In this document: in pieces, positions 54,341 to 62,549 of the stretch | Numbering within the stretch: position 1 is the first letter of the stretch | Layout of the letters: every line of letters begins with the position of its first letter | Source of the DNA: Candidatus Woesearchaeota archaeon | Lineage (GTDB): Archaea > Nanobdellota > Nanobdellia > Woesearchaeales > ARS49 | Assembly (NCBI GenBank): GCA_030750765.1 | Contig: JASMHM010000004.1 | Coordinates: 3,013 to 67,012, forward strand | Length of the DNA stretch: 64,000 nt | Reading direction: 5' to 3' | Notes under the pieces: generated by a model | What the model was told of the DNA's origin: nothing | Databases searched by the model: none | What the model saw: only the letters and a program-made list of their open reading frames with translations | Position numbers and translations under genes: made by a program

Positions 54341-54862
54341 ATGGTTGATTGGAAAAAAGTAGGAAAAGTGAGTGGCTCTATAATGTTGGCCGCGTATATT
54401 TGTGCGTTTACTAAGAAAATGTTCAACGACTTTTCACGTGATAAAAACCCAACAATTGCGCACTATGGTACGTTGGGATTACTAGGAAATTTCGAACGCA
54501 AGACGGTTGTTACAAACAGACCGCATGTTACAGACCCTGTTACGGGCGACATAGACCATCAACAAACCAAAATGTTTGAAGAAGGATTCAAACGATACAT
54601 CCGAGCTCGTAGTGCAGAATTACACAACTCGGGCCAAAGTCGTGCTGATCTCCAAGCTGAGATTCAAGCTATGCAAGACGCAAGCACCAACCTTGCAGGA
54701 AGAGGCACCTTATCTGGATTGCTTAACTCTACAGCAAAAGCTGCTCGTGAGAAGAATCTGCGTGTGATCAGAAATTCAGGACAGAATCCGAGGGATTTCA
54801 CTGCTCCGCCGATTTATCAGCAAAGCGGTACAGCACCTTTCAACTATCTTACCTCGCCGTAA
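54341..54862 (+). CDS. hypothetical protein
   Basis: 173-aa ORF. Confidence 0.5.
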   Translation: MVDWKKVGKVSGSIMLAAYICAFTKKMFNDFSRDKNPTIAHYGTLGLLGNFERKTVVTNRPHVTDPVTGDIDHQQTKMFEEGFKRYIRARSAELHNSGQSRADLQAEIQAMQDASTNLAGRGTLSGLLNSTAKAAREKNLRVIRNSGQNPRDFTAPPIYQQSGTAPFNYLTSP

Positions 54863-54896
54863 TTTAGTAACTTTTATATAACAGTTCGGCCAGCCA

Positions 54897-55325
54897 TTGG
54901 GCATGGCCGACATTATTATTGGTCCAAGCATAGCTCTAGGCTTGGCGATTGGCATCTATGAAGCTACCTTAATGCATCGTGATGTCCAAGTTAAGGCACA
55001 TCGTTTTGGCCACACCATTCATGCATTAGTGCTTTCTGTGGTGTTCGTGTTCGCAACTATGAATGTTGACTTCATGTTATCAGTCATACCACAAATCGCG
55101 TCTATACCTGTACTTGGCAATCCTCATGTTTTCAGAGTCATTATCGGTTTGATTGCAGCCATAAAAATCCATGGAACAAGCAAGGCCATCCAGGGTGCTG
55201 GCAGTGCTAGTGTAGGCTTAGGAGAGACCTGGTTCCACTCCATTCTGGTGGGAGCTCTAGTAGTAGCAGCACCGTATGCGTATCCGTTTGTCCAGCCTGC
55301 CATTCCTACATGGTTGGCGTTTTAA
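54897..55325 (+). CDS. small polytopic membrane protein, hypothetical
   Basis: 142 aa, about 4 TM helices. Confidence 0.55.
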   Translation: MGMADIIIGPSIALGLAIGIYEATLMHRDVQVKAHRFGHTIHALVLSVVFVFATMNVDFMLSVIPQIASIPVLGNPHVFRVIIGLIAAIKIHGTSKAIQGAGSASVGLGETWFHSILVGALVVAAPYAYPFVQPAIPTWLAF

Positions 55326-55497
55326 GGCCACTTCTTTTTGTGTCTTTTCCTTGCTTCTTTAAGTGTGATAGTGTTTTTTGAGGAAAAGATAAACTCTGCC
55401 AGGAGGTGCTCAAAATCGGTGACTTTCTTTTTCTTGTGATCAACCATGCAATTGTCACGTTGCATAGCTTTATAAAACCTAAGGTGCTTACAAGAAC

Positions 55498-55755
55498 ATG
55501 GAAGCACGCATAGCAAGTTTTAGAGGTTCACGGTTGACCCGATATGACAATCACATGATCATCCATGTGGACACATCCAAGAACCGAGAGGATGCTGAAA
55601 AACTCGTGGGCAAGTCCGTCACCTGGGAAAGCACAAGCAAAAAACAGTTGAAAGGAAAGATTGCGGGTGCTCATGGCAACAACGGACGCGTACGAGCTAT
55701 TTTTGAGAGTGGCATGCCTGGCCAGAGTTTAGGCGCAGTAGTCAAGATTGAATAG
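55498..55755 (+). CDS. rpl35ae: 50S ribosomal protein L35Ae
   Basis: …GKIAGAHGNNGRVRAIFESGMPGQSLGAVVKIE matches the L35Ae C-terminal signature (…RAHGNSGxVRAKF…G…V). AGCTTTATAAAACC box upstream. Confidence 0.8.
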   Translation: MEARIASFRGSRLTRYDNHMIIHVDTSKNREDAEKLVGKSVTWESTSKKQLKGKIAGAHGNNGRVRAIFESGMPGQSLGAVVKIE

Positions 55756-56866
55756 GTGCTAGCCTCACCAATGTTGGAAGAATTAAACACCCCATAGCGG
55801 TAGCCCTTGGACACCTAAGAATCTGAGAAAAGGCGCCTAGCGCAGTCGCTGTGGCTAGAACCAACAACCCTCTATGCCCGCTGAGCAAGAACGCAGTAAC
55901 TCCTAACCCAACAATGATGAGCGTGTTCATCCTTTTGTAAGGAATCTTGGGAAGAACCTGTTGGGCAAACCTGGCCGTGACCAAAGTAAACAAGGCAGCA
56001 ACGCCTGCTGCAACAAGCATCACGCCCCCAAGCCAAAGCAAGTGTGGCACGCCTATCCTTACCAAGCTAAGTATGGCCTCTGCGCTCCCACTCCTCGCCT
56101 TTTCTAGCACCGCCAGCATGACGGGGGTTAGCGCTTGGTCTGCTGCGTTGATGCTTGACACGAGCGTAAGGTGCCCTGCCTGGAACGGAAACAGGGCTGC
56201 AGTGTGCGAGGTGCTCATGGCAGGAAGCAAGTTCATCACCAACCCTCCAAGAACGCCGAGCAAGACGAATCTGTACTGTGGTCGGTCAAACAACGCAGTT
56301 GTTTGGTCAGGAACGCTTGTCTCCGTGGTCAACAACAACGTAGAAGTGCCAAACAAGCCGGTAAGCAAGGCAAACAATGGTTGGGCGGTAGAATCTAACA
56401 CTATGAGGCCAAGAAGACCGGATAACAAGAAAATAAGAACGCCCTTGCCGGTGGTGGCCAGCCATACGCCGGTTAACCCAACAAGAACATACCAGGTGAG
56501 GGGTTTTATGGCAGCGTATGATGTTGGAAGGATCCACGCAAGCAAGGGAGTGAGAAGGATTGTACAAAGTATTGCTAGAACGCTCGCTCTGACTGCGATC
56601 ACGACTGCTTCATAACCTCGCCCTTGGAGCAACATCTTGTGAGCAGGCATGACGGCTAGCGCTGTCTCAGAACTTGCCGCGCCAAGATAGGTGGAGGGAA
56701 TGGCATCTGTGATTGTGTGGGCGATGGCTGCGGCAAGCAAGAAAGGCACCAAGAACGTTCTTGGCAGCATTGTGCTGAGCAAGATGGCTGCAACTAGGTT
56801 TGTGTGCAGGCCAGGAATCATTCCTGTAATACTTCCTACTAGCGATCCTAACAATGCCGCAATCAT
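55742..56866 (-). CDS. polytopic membrane protein (TctA/DUF112-like?)
   Basis: 374 aa, more than 10 TM helices; GSITGMIPGLH motif. Confidence 0.55.
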   Translation of the reverse strand: MIAALLGSLVGSITGMIPGLHTNLVAAILLSTMLPRTFLVPFLLAAAIAHTITDAIPSTYLGAASSETALAVMPAHKMLLQGRGYEAVVIAVRASVLAILCTILLTPLLAWILPTSYAAIKPLTWYVLVGLTGVWLATTGKGVLIFLLSGLLGLIVLDSTAQPLFALLTGLFGTSTLLLTTETSVPDQTTALFDRPQYRFVLLGVLGGLVMNLLPAMSTSHTAALFPFQAGHLTLVSSINAADQALTPVMLAVLEKARSGSAEAILSLVRIGVPHLLWLGGVMLVAAGVAALFTLVTARFAQQVLPKIPYKRMNTLIIVGLGVTAFLLSGHRGLLVLATATALGAFSQILRCPRATAMGCLILPTLVRLAPIQS

Positions 56867-57123
56867 TCGATCACGAACTCCACCCTGCCTTTGTATGATT
56901 GCAGTCTTCCTGTGTACATGCCGCTGCCCTCTTCTAACTTTTTATCAAAGCTAACCACCGGAATCCTTGTCTGCAGCATGCCCTTGGATACCTTGCCGTG
57001 CTGCACGTTGGTGATGATTCCTATCGCGCTGATCGTGTTTGGAGGGAGGTCTGGGCTTGTCACAAGCAACAAGAGCATTCCCACAACAAAGCATCCGAGC
57101 GAGAGCCAGACGATGTTTTCCAT
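56863..57123 (-). CDS. small membrane protein, hypothetical
   Basis: 86 aa. 4-nt overlap with the downstream membrane-protein gene. Confidence 0.5.
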   Translation of the reverse strand: MENIVWLSLGCFVVGMLLLLVTSPDLPPNTISAIGIITNVQHGKVSKGMLQTRIPVVSFDKKLEEGSGMYTGRLQSYKGRVEFVIE

Positions 57124-57168
57124 GTCCGTCCTGATTTTTTTTGTTTTATATGCGCTCCCCCATGTTTC

Positions 57169-57183
57169 CCGGAAAGTTTCCGG
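57169..57183. promoter_or_regulatory. near-palindromic operator CCGGAAAGTTTCCGG (copy 1) upstream of the wHTH gene at 57267; a perfect palindrome GGCCCATATGGGCC (57211-57224) and TTTATATAT TATA follow
   Basis: 19-bp TTTCCCGGAAAGTTTCCGG is identical to the copy at 59008-59026; a third variant lies at 57893-57906. Confidence 0.5.
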
Positions 57184-57266
57184 TGACCTATTGCCCCAGT
57201 TCCCATAAACGGCCCATATGGGCCGGAAAGGAAAACTTTATATATTCTCGTTGCATTGCTCATAGA

Positions 57267-57575
57267 ATGAAACAATCTTTGTTTTTGAAAGCATACGGCA
57301 ACAGCCCTGTGCTGAGGGTGCTGGACTTCTTTGTCACGTTTCAAGAATACGATTATTCTATGAAGGACATTGCCAAAAACTCAAGAGTGGGGTACACCAC
57401 GCTGAAATTATTCTGGAAGAGTCTGGTGGACAGAAAAATAATGAGCCACACTAGGGTGGTAGGAAAGGCCAAGATGTATAAGCTAAACACAACAAACCCG
57501 GAAGTAAAAGAATTCATCAAGCTGTACTGGCTCGTCGTTGATAAGGCGACTCCTAAGCTCAAGGTTAGCGCTTGA
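57267..57575 (+). CDS. winged-helix transcriptional regulator (102 aa)
   Basis: Start at MKQSLF, after the TATA. …YSMKDIAKNSRVGYTTLKLFWKSLVDRKIMSHTRVVGKAKMYKLN. Confidence 0.6.
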   Translation: MKQSLFLKAYGNSPVLRVLDFFVTFQEYDYSMKDIAKNSRVGYTTLKLFWKSLVDRKIMSHTRVVGKAKMYKLNTTNPEVKEFIKLYWLVVDKATPKLKVSA

Positions 57576-57828
57576 TCTGGTCGATCTTATCCCTACGTTC
57601 TGTATTTAGATAAAACTTGTGTCCGTACTTTTTGCTTTTCTTACACAGAATTCCTTGTCTGACTAGTGCGTCTGCCACTGCCATAATCTTTCCTTTTTCC
57701 TCTGCAGGGAACCCATCGCTTAACTCATCTTGATACAAGGACCCTTTGCCCCAACAACCGAGTTTGAATAGTTTCCTCACCAACGTCTTGGCAATGCGAA
57801 TATAATCTCCCCTAGAAATCTTTACCAT
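57565..57828 (-). CDS. small wHTH-like DNA-binding protein
   Basis: 87 aa; …KIMAVADALVRQGILCKKSKKYGHKFYL. Confidence 0.5.
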   Translation of the reverse strand: MVKISRGDYIRIAKTLVRKLFKLGCWGKGSLYQDELSDGFPAEEKGKIMAVADALVRQGILCKKSKKYGHKFYLNTERRDKIDQIKR

Positions 57829-57870
57829 GCCAGATTCACCCCTTGCTTCTTAATATGCTTCACGCGACAA

Positions 57871-57906
57871 TGTCCAGTGTCCAGTGGCGAAACCGGAAAG
57901 TTTCCG
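57871..57906. promoter_or_regulatory. divergent intergenic control region: ORB-like TGTCCAGTGTCCAGTGG(CGAAAC) followed by CCGGAAAGTTTCCG
   Basis: 57871-57889 is the exact reverse complement of 35009-35027. Operator-like copy 2 lies at 57893-57906. Confidence 0.45.
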
Positions 57907-57982
57907 AATCTCTGACGAGGTGCTCATGTTTATAACTGGTGCGTGACAGATAGTTACTAGGGGATTTTTCAAGCCTGAGCTA

Positions 57983-58993
57983 TTGCAAACAGGGGATAAG
58001 GTAGCAGTTATCTCTCCTTCTTGGGGAGGCCCTAGCATTTTTCCACATATTTACGAGTTAGGTTTAGAGGCTCTCACTTCGTTGGGTTTAGACGTAGTAG
58101 AATTTCCAACGGCAAGGGCAGAGGCCGATTATTTGTACCGGAATCCCGAAGTAAGAGCTGCAGATGTCAATAATGCTTTTGAGGATGCTGAAATCAAAGC
58201 CATATTTGCTGGCATTGGCGGAGATGACTCTGTTAGGATATTGCCTTTCTTGGACCCAAAAATCATACGCAACAGCCCAAAAGTTATTATGGGATACTCG
58301 GACACGGCTACCTTGCTGACTTATTGCAATCAATTAGGTTTGGTTACCTTCAACGGTCCCTCCGTGATGGCGGGATTTTCCCAGTGGAATGCTATACCTG
58401 AGTTTAGACAACACATCAAAGAATTCATGTTTGAATCACACGACGAGTATGTGTACCCGCAACATGATCGTTACACTGAAGGACATCCTGATTGGAGAAA
58501 ACAAGAAAACGCCGGAAAAGTAAATCCCTGGAAGGATGGTGAGGATTGGCAGTGGCTACAGGGCACGTCTGTGGTAGGAGGCCAGCTATATGGTGGTTGT
58601 ATCGAGGTCCTTGAGTTCATGAAAGAAACTGAGTTCTGGCCATCCCAAGAATTTTGGAACGGCAAGATTCTCTTTCTAGAGACCTCCGAAGAAAAACCTG
58701 GACCTGAGCAGGTCAAGTGGATGATGAGGAATTATGGTATGCAGGGCGTTTATGATAGAATTACAGGAATCTTGGTGGGAAGAGCAAGAGATTATTCTGA
58801 TGCGGAAAAAACGCAACTTTATGCTAATCTTGTGGATGTTGTTTCTGTTGAGTTCGGTAGAAGTGATTTGCCTATCGTTGCTAACATGGGCTTTGGTCAC
58901 ACCGATCCGCAATTTGTTTTACCTTTAGGGGTGAAAGCGGAGATTGATTGCGCAAAGAGAACACTAAAGCTTCTCGAGTCTCCTTTCAGATAA
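57983..58993 (+). CDS. LD-carboxypeptidase (peptidase S66, MccF-like)
   Basis: GDKVAVISPSWGG N-terminus and S66-like layout. TTG start; TATA CATGTTTATAACTGG upstream. Confidence 0.75.
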   Translation: MQTGDKVAVISPSWGGPSIFPHIYELGLEALTSLGLDVVEFPTARAEADYLYRNPEVRAADVNNAFEDAEIKAIFAGIGGDDSVRILPFLDPKIIRNSPKVIMGYSDTATLLTYCNQLGLVTFNGPSVMAGFSQWNAIPEFRQHIKEFMFESHDEYVYPQHDRYTEGHPDWRKQENAGKVNPWKDGEDWQWLQGTSVVGGQLYGGCIEVLEFMKETEFWPSQEFWNGKILFLETSEEKPGPEQVKWMMRNYGMQGVYDRITGILVGRARDYSDAEKTQLYANLVDVVSVEFGRSDLPIVANMGFGHTDPQFVLPLGVKAEIDCAKRTLKLLESPFR

Positions 58994-59011
58994 GCGTTCT
59001 GCCACTATTTC

Positions 59012-59026
59012 CCGGAAAGTTTCCGG
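59012..59026. promoter_or_regulatory. CCGGAAAGTTTCCGG operator-like palindrome (copy 3), 10 bp upstream of the Cas4-like gene TATA box
   Basis: Identical 19-mer to copy 1. Confidence 0.5.
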
Positions 59027-59070
59027 CGTGATTCCATAAAGCATATAAAGCCAGACAACAACGTAAAAGC

Positions 59071-59877
59071 ATGCTTATTCCGATGCGGGTGCAGAGCCCC
59101 TCAAGTATCAAGACCTACCAGCAATGCCCTAGAAAATATTACTATAACTATATCGCAAAGCTTCCTACGCTACCCAACATCCACCAGCTAAGGGGAAACA
59201 TCGTCCACTCGGTCCTAGAACGATTCTTCCAGCTTGACGTGGGCGAGGTGACCAAAGAAGACTTTCGTCAGGTGCTCCATGTAAAAATGCAAGAACTACT
59301 TGTTGAGTGCTGGAAGGAAAAAGAAGGGGCGCTAGAAAAGCTAGGGTTGGAGGATGAGAACATAGTGATGTTCTTTGAGGAAAGCATGCACATGTTAGAC
59401 AACTGGCTAAAACAATTATTTTCCAAGCTAGAAAAAAGTCCGCTACCTTTTGATGCTGCCTGGAAGACACAGCTTCCGTTAGAGCAGGAAGAGCAGTACG
59501 TCAGCGAACGGTATGGTGTTCGCGGATTCATCGACGTTGTCGAGCAGGTGGGAACAGAGATTCGCGTGATGGACTACAAGACTGACAAGCGCCCAGATGT
59601 TGAGAAGCACAAGCTGCAACTAGCCATCTATGCATTGTTGTATCAAGAGAAGCACGGTACGCTTCCTACCAAGGCAGGAATCTACTTTTTGAAAGGGGAC
59701 GAGGCGCATGTAGAGGTTGACGAGGCCCTGGTCGAGTTTGCCAAGCGCGAGGTAGAGCTCATCCACCAGAGCACCCAGAGCAAGGAAAAAGTTGACTATC
59801 CCAAACAGATCAGTCCTCTGTGCAAATGGAGAACGGGTCAGTGCGATTTCTACGACACGTGCCTTGGCGAGGATTAG
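59071..59877 (+). CDS. Cas4-like / RecB-family PD-(D/E)XK nuclease with 4-Cys cluster (DUF83-type), orphan
   Basis: N-terminal …YQQCPRKYYY…, core …GFIDVVEQ…VMDYKTDK…, C-terminal CKWRTGQCDFYDTC (1+3 Cys arrangement of Cas4/AddB Fe-S nucleases). AAGCATATAAAGCC box upstream. Confidence 0.65.
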   Translation: MLIPMRVQSPSSIKTYQQCPRKYYYNYIAKLPTLPNIHQLRGNIVHSVLERFFQLDVGEVTKEDFRQVLHVKMQELLVECWKEKEGALEKLGLEDENIVMFFEESMHMLDNWLKQLFSKLEKSPLPFDAAWKTQLPLEQEEQYVSERYGVRGFIDVVEQVGTEIRVMDYKTDKRPDVEKHKLQLAIYALLYQEKHGTLPTKAGIYFLKGDEAHVEVDEALVEFAKREVELIHQSTQSKEKVDYPKQISPLCKWRTGQCDFYDTCLGED

Positions 59878-60614
59878 TAAGGTACTGTTTTTTCGTGTTC
59901 GCGCACCAGATTCGCTGCATCTTCGTTTTGGCAAGAATACAACGCAGCCCAGGCGTGTGACCTGGTGGGCAGCATGGCCTGAAGTAATCCGGGCAGTCGC
60001 CCGTTAAAGTTAACGACTCTGTCTGCGAACTTGTCAAAGAGAGCAGGTTCTCGCAACAGGTCGCCATTCCAGCGATCTAGGGTTTTTCCGGTGGTTTCCA
60101 CAATCTTCGGAAACACCGCTCGGATCTGCGACCAAGGAGCGTCTGCCACCTCGGCTCCCCTTCCAGGGCCGGTGTACAGCCAACCGTTCACTCTTTCAAT
60201 GGAGCTGACCGCGCGTCGCAAGTTTTCAGGTTGATCGCTAGAGATGTCGATGCCTCTTGCGTCCTTCTGGACTTGGGAACAAATCCACAATGTGTATGGG
60301 TGGGAGTTTTGGCGTATGCTTTCGTCTCGTAGGGCTTCCTCGGTCCAGCAATTCCTAGGGACATAATCTTTTCTGCCTGGATTTTTCCACATCGCCTTTC
60401 GAAGGCCGTACATGGCGTGGGCGAACGCAGGGTCTATCGGGCAGTCTTCTGTCAGATCGAGTTCGGGATCCACGTCTAAGAATCTTGTTGCGCTGTCTAG
60501 TATTCTTCTCTTGTCGTGTGCTTGAAAAGGATTTTTCCAGAAGTGAGAGGCGTCTATATTACTAAGAAATTGTGCAACCTCTGCTAGGGTTGCGTCGTCT
60601 CCTCTCACTGCCAT
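59874..60614 (-). CDS. hypothetical protein (possibly DUF2461-like)
   Basis: 246-aa ORF. 4-nt convergent overlap with the Cas4-like gene. Confidence 0.5.
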   Translation of the reverse strand: MAVRGDDATLAEVAQFLSNIDASHFWKNPFQAHDKRRILDSATRFLDVDPELDLTEDCPIDPAFAHAMYGLRKAMWKNPGRKDYVPRNCWTEEALRDESIRQNSHPYTLWICSQVQKDARGIDISSDQPENLRRAVSSIERVNGWLYTGPGRGAEVADAPWSQIRAVFPKIVETTGKTLDRWNGDLLREPALFDKFADRVVNFNGRLPGLLQAMLPTRSHAWAALYSCQNEDAANLVREHEKTVPY

Positions 60615-60672
60615 ACAATATTACTGTTTTCCAGCTATATAAGCTTTACTAATAATACTCACTAAAAAGTAG

Positions 60673-61059
60673 TTACTTTACGAGTACGCCGCTGATCGTG
60701 CCATCTTGCCCGGGTCGGGAGGTTACTTTCATCTTTCCCTTATCCGTATCGATAACTGCACCTTTAGTGATGATGTTTCTTCGTACGTAGTTTCTATTTG
60801 CAGCATTTTCTGCTACGGCTTTGATCTTGACCTTTTCGTATTTCTTCGTTTTAGGATCGTACAGGTTGGCAACGTCTGATCGCTGCAATTTTGCTTTGAT
60901 AAAACTGGCACCCTTCACTTTGACCAGGGTGGTTTTTGTCTTCCCTATCGTTGTGTTGGCGTTCTCTCTACCTAGCTCGTGGTGCTTTTTCTTTCGAGCT
61001 TCGAAGTATCTTCCGCCAGAGGCTTTTCTGCCCTGCATCGCGCGGTGTGATTGTGCCAT
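60673..61059 (-). CDS. rps8e: 30S ribosomal protein S8e
   Basis: …KASGGRYFEARKKKHHELGR…VYDPKTKKYEKVKIKAVAENAANRNYVRRNIITKGAVIDT…KVTSRPGQDGTISGVLV matches S8e. GCTTTATAAACCC box about 25 bp upstream. Confidence 0.85.
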   Translation of the reverse strand: MAQSHRAMQGRKASGGRYFEARKKKHHELGRENANTTIGKTKTTLVKVKGASFIKAKLQRSDVANLYDPKTKKYEKVKIKAVAENAANRNYVRRNIITKGAVIDTDKGKMKVTSRPGQDGTISGVLVK

Positions 61060-61151
61060 ACGCTGTCAACCCGTATTGGGTTTATAAAGCTTCTCGTTGG
61101 AGGTATGCATAGAAATGCTTAAGTAGTATAACCCTCCGCATTTGGTTAGAT

Positions 61152-61406
61152 ATGGCAAAAACAATAATGGTTGTGGACGATGAGCCGGATATCGTAACCA
61201 CGGTTACCGCGGTTCTAGAAGCTAATGGGTATAATGTGGTATCTGCTGTGAGCGGTGATGACTGTTTAAAGAAAATTAAATCTGGAGAAAATCCTAACAA
61301 CACCCTCCGCAATAAGAGATACCTATTCGCAGCCTCACTCAGCGGATATTGCCATACGCTACCTGGACGATCACGGCATTTTTCCTGCGACTGTTGGCAA
61401 TCCTAA
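61152..61406 (+). CDS. response-regulator receiver-domain N-terminal fragment (about 45 aa of canonical REC) fused to unrelated sequence; likely a truncated or pseudogenised remnant
   Basis: MAKTIMVVDDEPDIVTTVTAVLEANGYNVVSAVSGDDCLKKIK is canonical REC beta1-alpha1-beta2-alpha2. No frame continues the REC fold after about 61290. Confidence 0.4.
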   Translation: MAKTIMVVDDEPDIVTTVTAVLEANGYNVVSAVSGDDCLKKIKSGENPNNTLRNKRYLFAASLSGYCHTLPGRSRHFSCDCWQS

Positions 61407-62090
61407 AGTACAACTCGCGACAACCGGAGGGTTGTTTGCATACTTTGACAACCATATCGAGGTGCATGCCGACGTTGCCATCGCCAGATGGGGCGAGCAT
61501 ATGGATCCAAAAATGGAAAAGCGGTTAAGCGAAAAGTTAGGTTGGCAAGAAGCCCACGGAGAGGGCGATGAAAGAGAGCCGAGTAAGGGTCGTGCGGTCT
61601 ATGCACGTTTTCTTGCCAGCATCGGATTTTACACAAATAAAAAGCCGGCAAGCCCAAAACGAAACACCAGAAAGAGTAATGGCTCGCAACTCCCCCCCAT
61701 TCCTTACCAGTATGATAAAAGATTATGAAACCTTGGGAGTGCATGAGAAGAAGCTAGCCAGGCAGTACTTACGAAACCTCTGCATGACCTGGACCCAGTG
61801 CAAAAGAGAACAAGATCCTAGCGTGTATTCTGTGACCTTTCTCAGTCAGCCCTCAAAAAGGCGTTTAGTCAAAGAAGCAAACTTACTCGTGAAGAGCATG
61901 AACATCGTTTGGGGTATGAACCTCAAACCAAAACACCGAACAGTTCACGAAACACGCACTAATGTGTGAACAGGAAGATTGCGTATTCCCCTCGAACAAA
62001 TGGTGGCGGTTGATCAGCGAACACACCCCCCATTCAAATTCAAAATAGAAAATGTGTCGCAATACGCGTTCGATAGACCTCAACACGCGC

Positions 62091-62549
62091 TTAACTCTTC
62101 AAGCGACTAAGCTCTCTAACCATATGCTTGAGTAACACTTTTTGTGTCTCTTGTTGGTCTCTCATTTTTTCCATGTGAGAGGCTAGTCCTGGTTCGTCAA
62201 AACAATCCCTCACCCAGTTTGCGAAGTCGTTGTTGTCCTCGCTCACATGGTGCTTGTAGGTGTCTTGATGCATGGTTTCTAAGGCATCAATAAGTTCGTA
62301 CACACTACGTAAAGGCTTGCCGCTTTTCAGCACAAAAGAACTGTCTGCGTGTATGCCGCCAAAGATTTGCTTCTTTCCCACCCTACTTTTTTTAGTGGTT
62401 TTCCGTCGTGGCATGGTCTTTGGTTCAAGCTTTGGAGTATTTAAATCTTTAGGCTTGCTACGACGGGTCAATCGTGCTACCACTTCCGTATCATGATCGG
62501 GCGTTTGGAAGGCTCGCTTGAGCAGTTTGAGTATCATACCGTGATCCAC
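62091..62549 (-). CDS. hypothetical basic protein
   Basis: 152-aa ORF. 16-nt overlap with the upstream GH57 gene on the same strand. Confidence 0.5.
   Translation of the reverse strand: MDHGMILKLLKRAFQTPDHDTEVVARLTRRSKPKDLNTPKLEPKTMPRRKTTKKSRVGKKQIFGGIHADSSFVLKSGKPLRSVYELIDALETMHQDTYKHHVSEDNNDFANWVRDCFDEPGLASHMEKMRDQQETQKVLLKHMVRELSRLKS

Noticed and set aside
55322-55516. 64-aa Lys-rich minus-strand ORF in the gap upstream of the L35Ae gene, with a possible 41-aa version starting at 55449
   Set aside because: It overlaps the L35Ae gene start and its palindromic TATA. It has no recognisable features. It might be a real micro-protein but the evidence is insufficient.
61403-61969. Overlapping ORFs 61403-61744 (minus), 61432-61728 (plus) and 61568-61969 (plus)
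   Set aside because: They are mutually overlapping, lack motifs and lie in a region that appears degraded after the truncated receiver fragment, so they were not called as genes.
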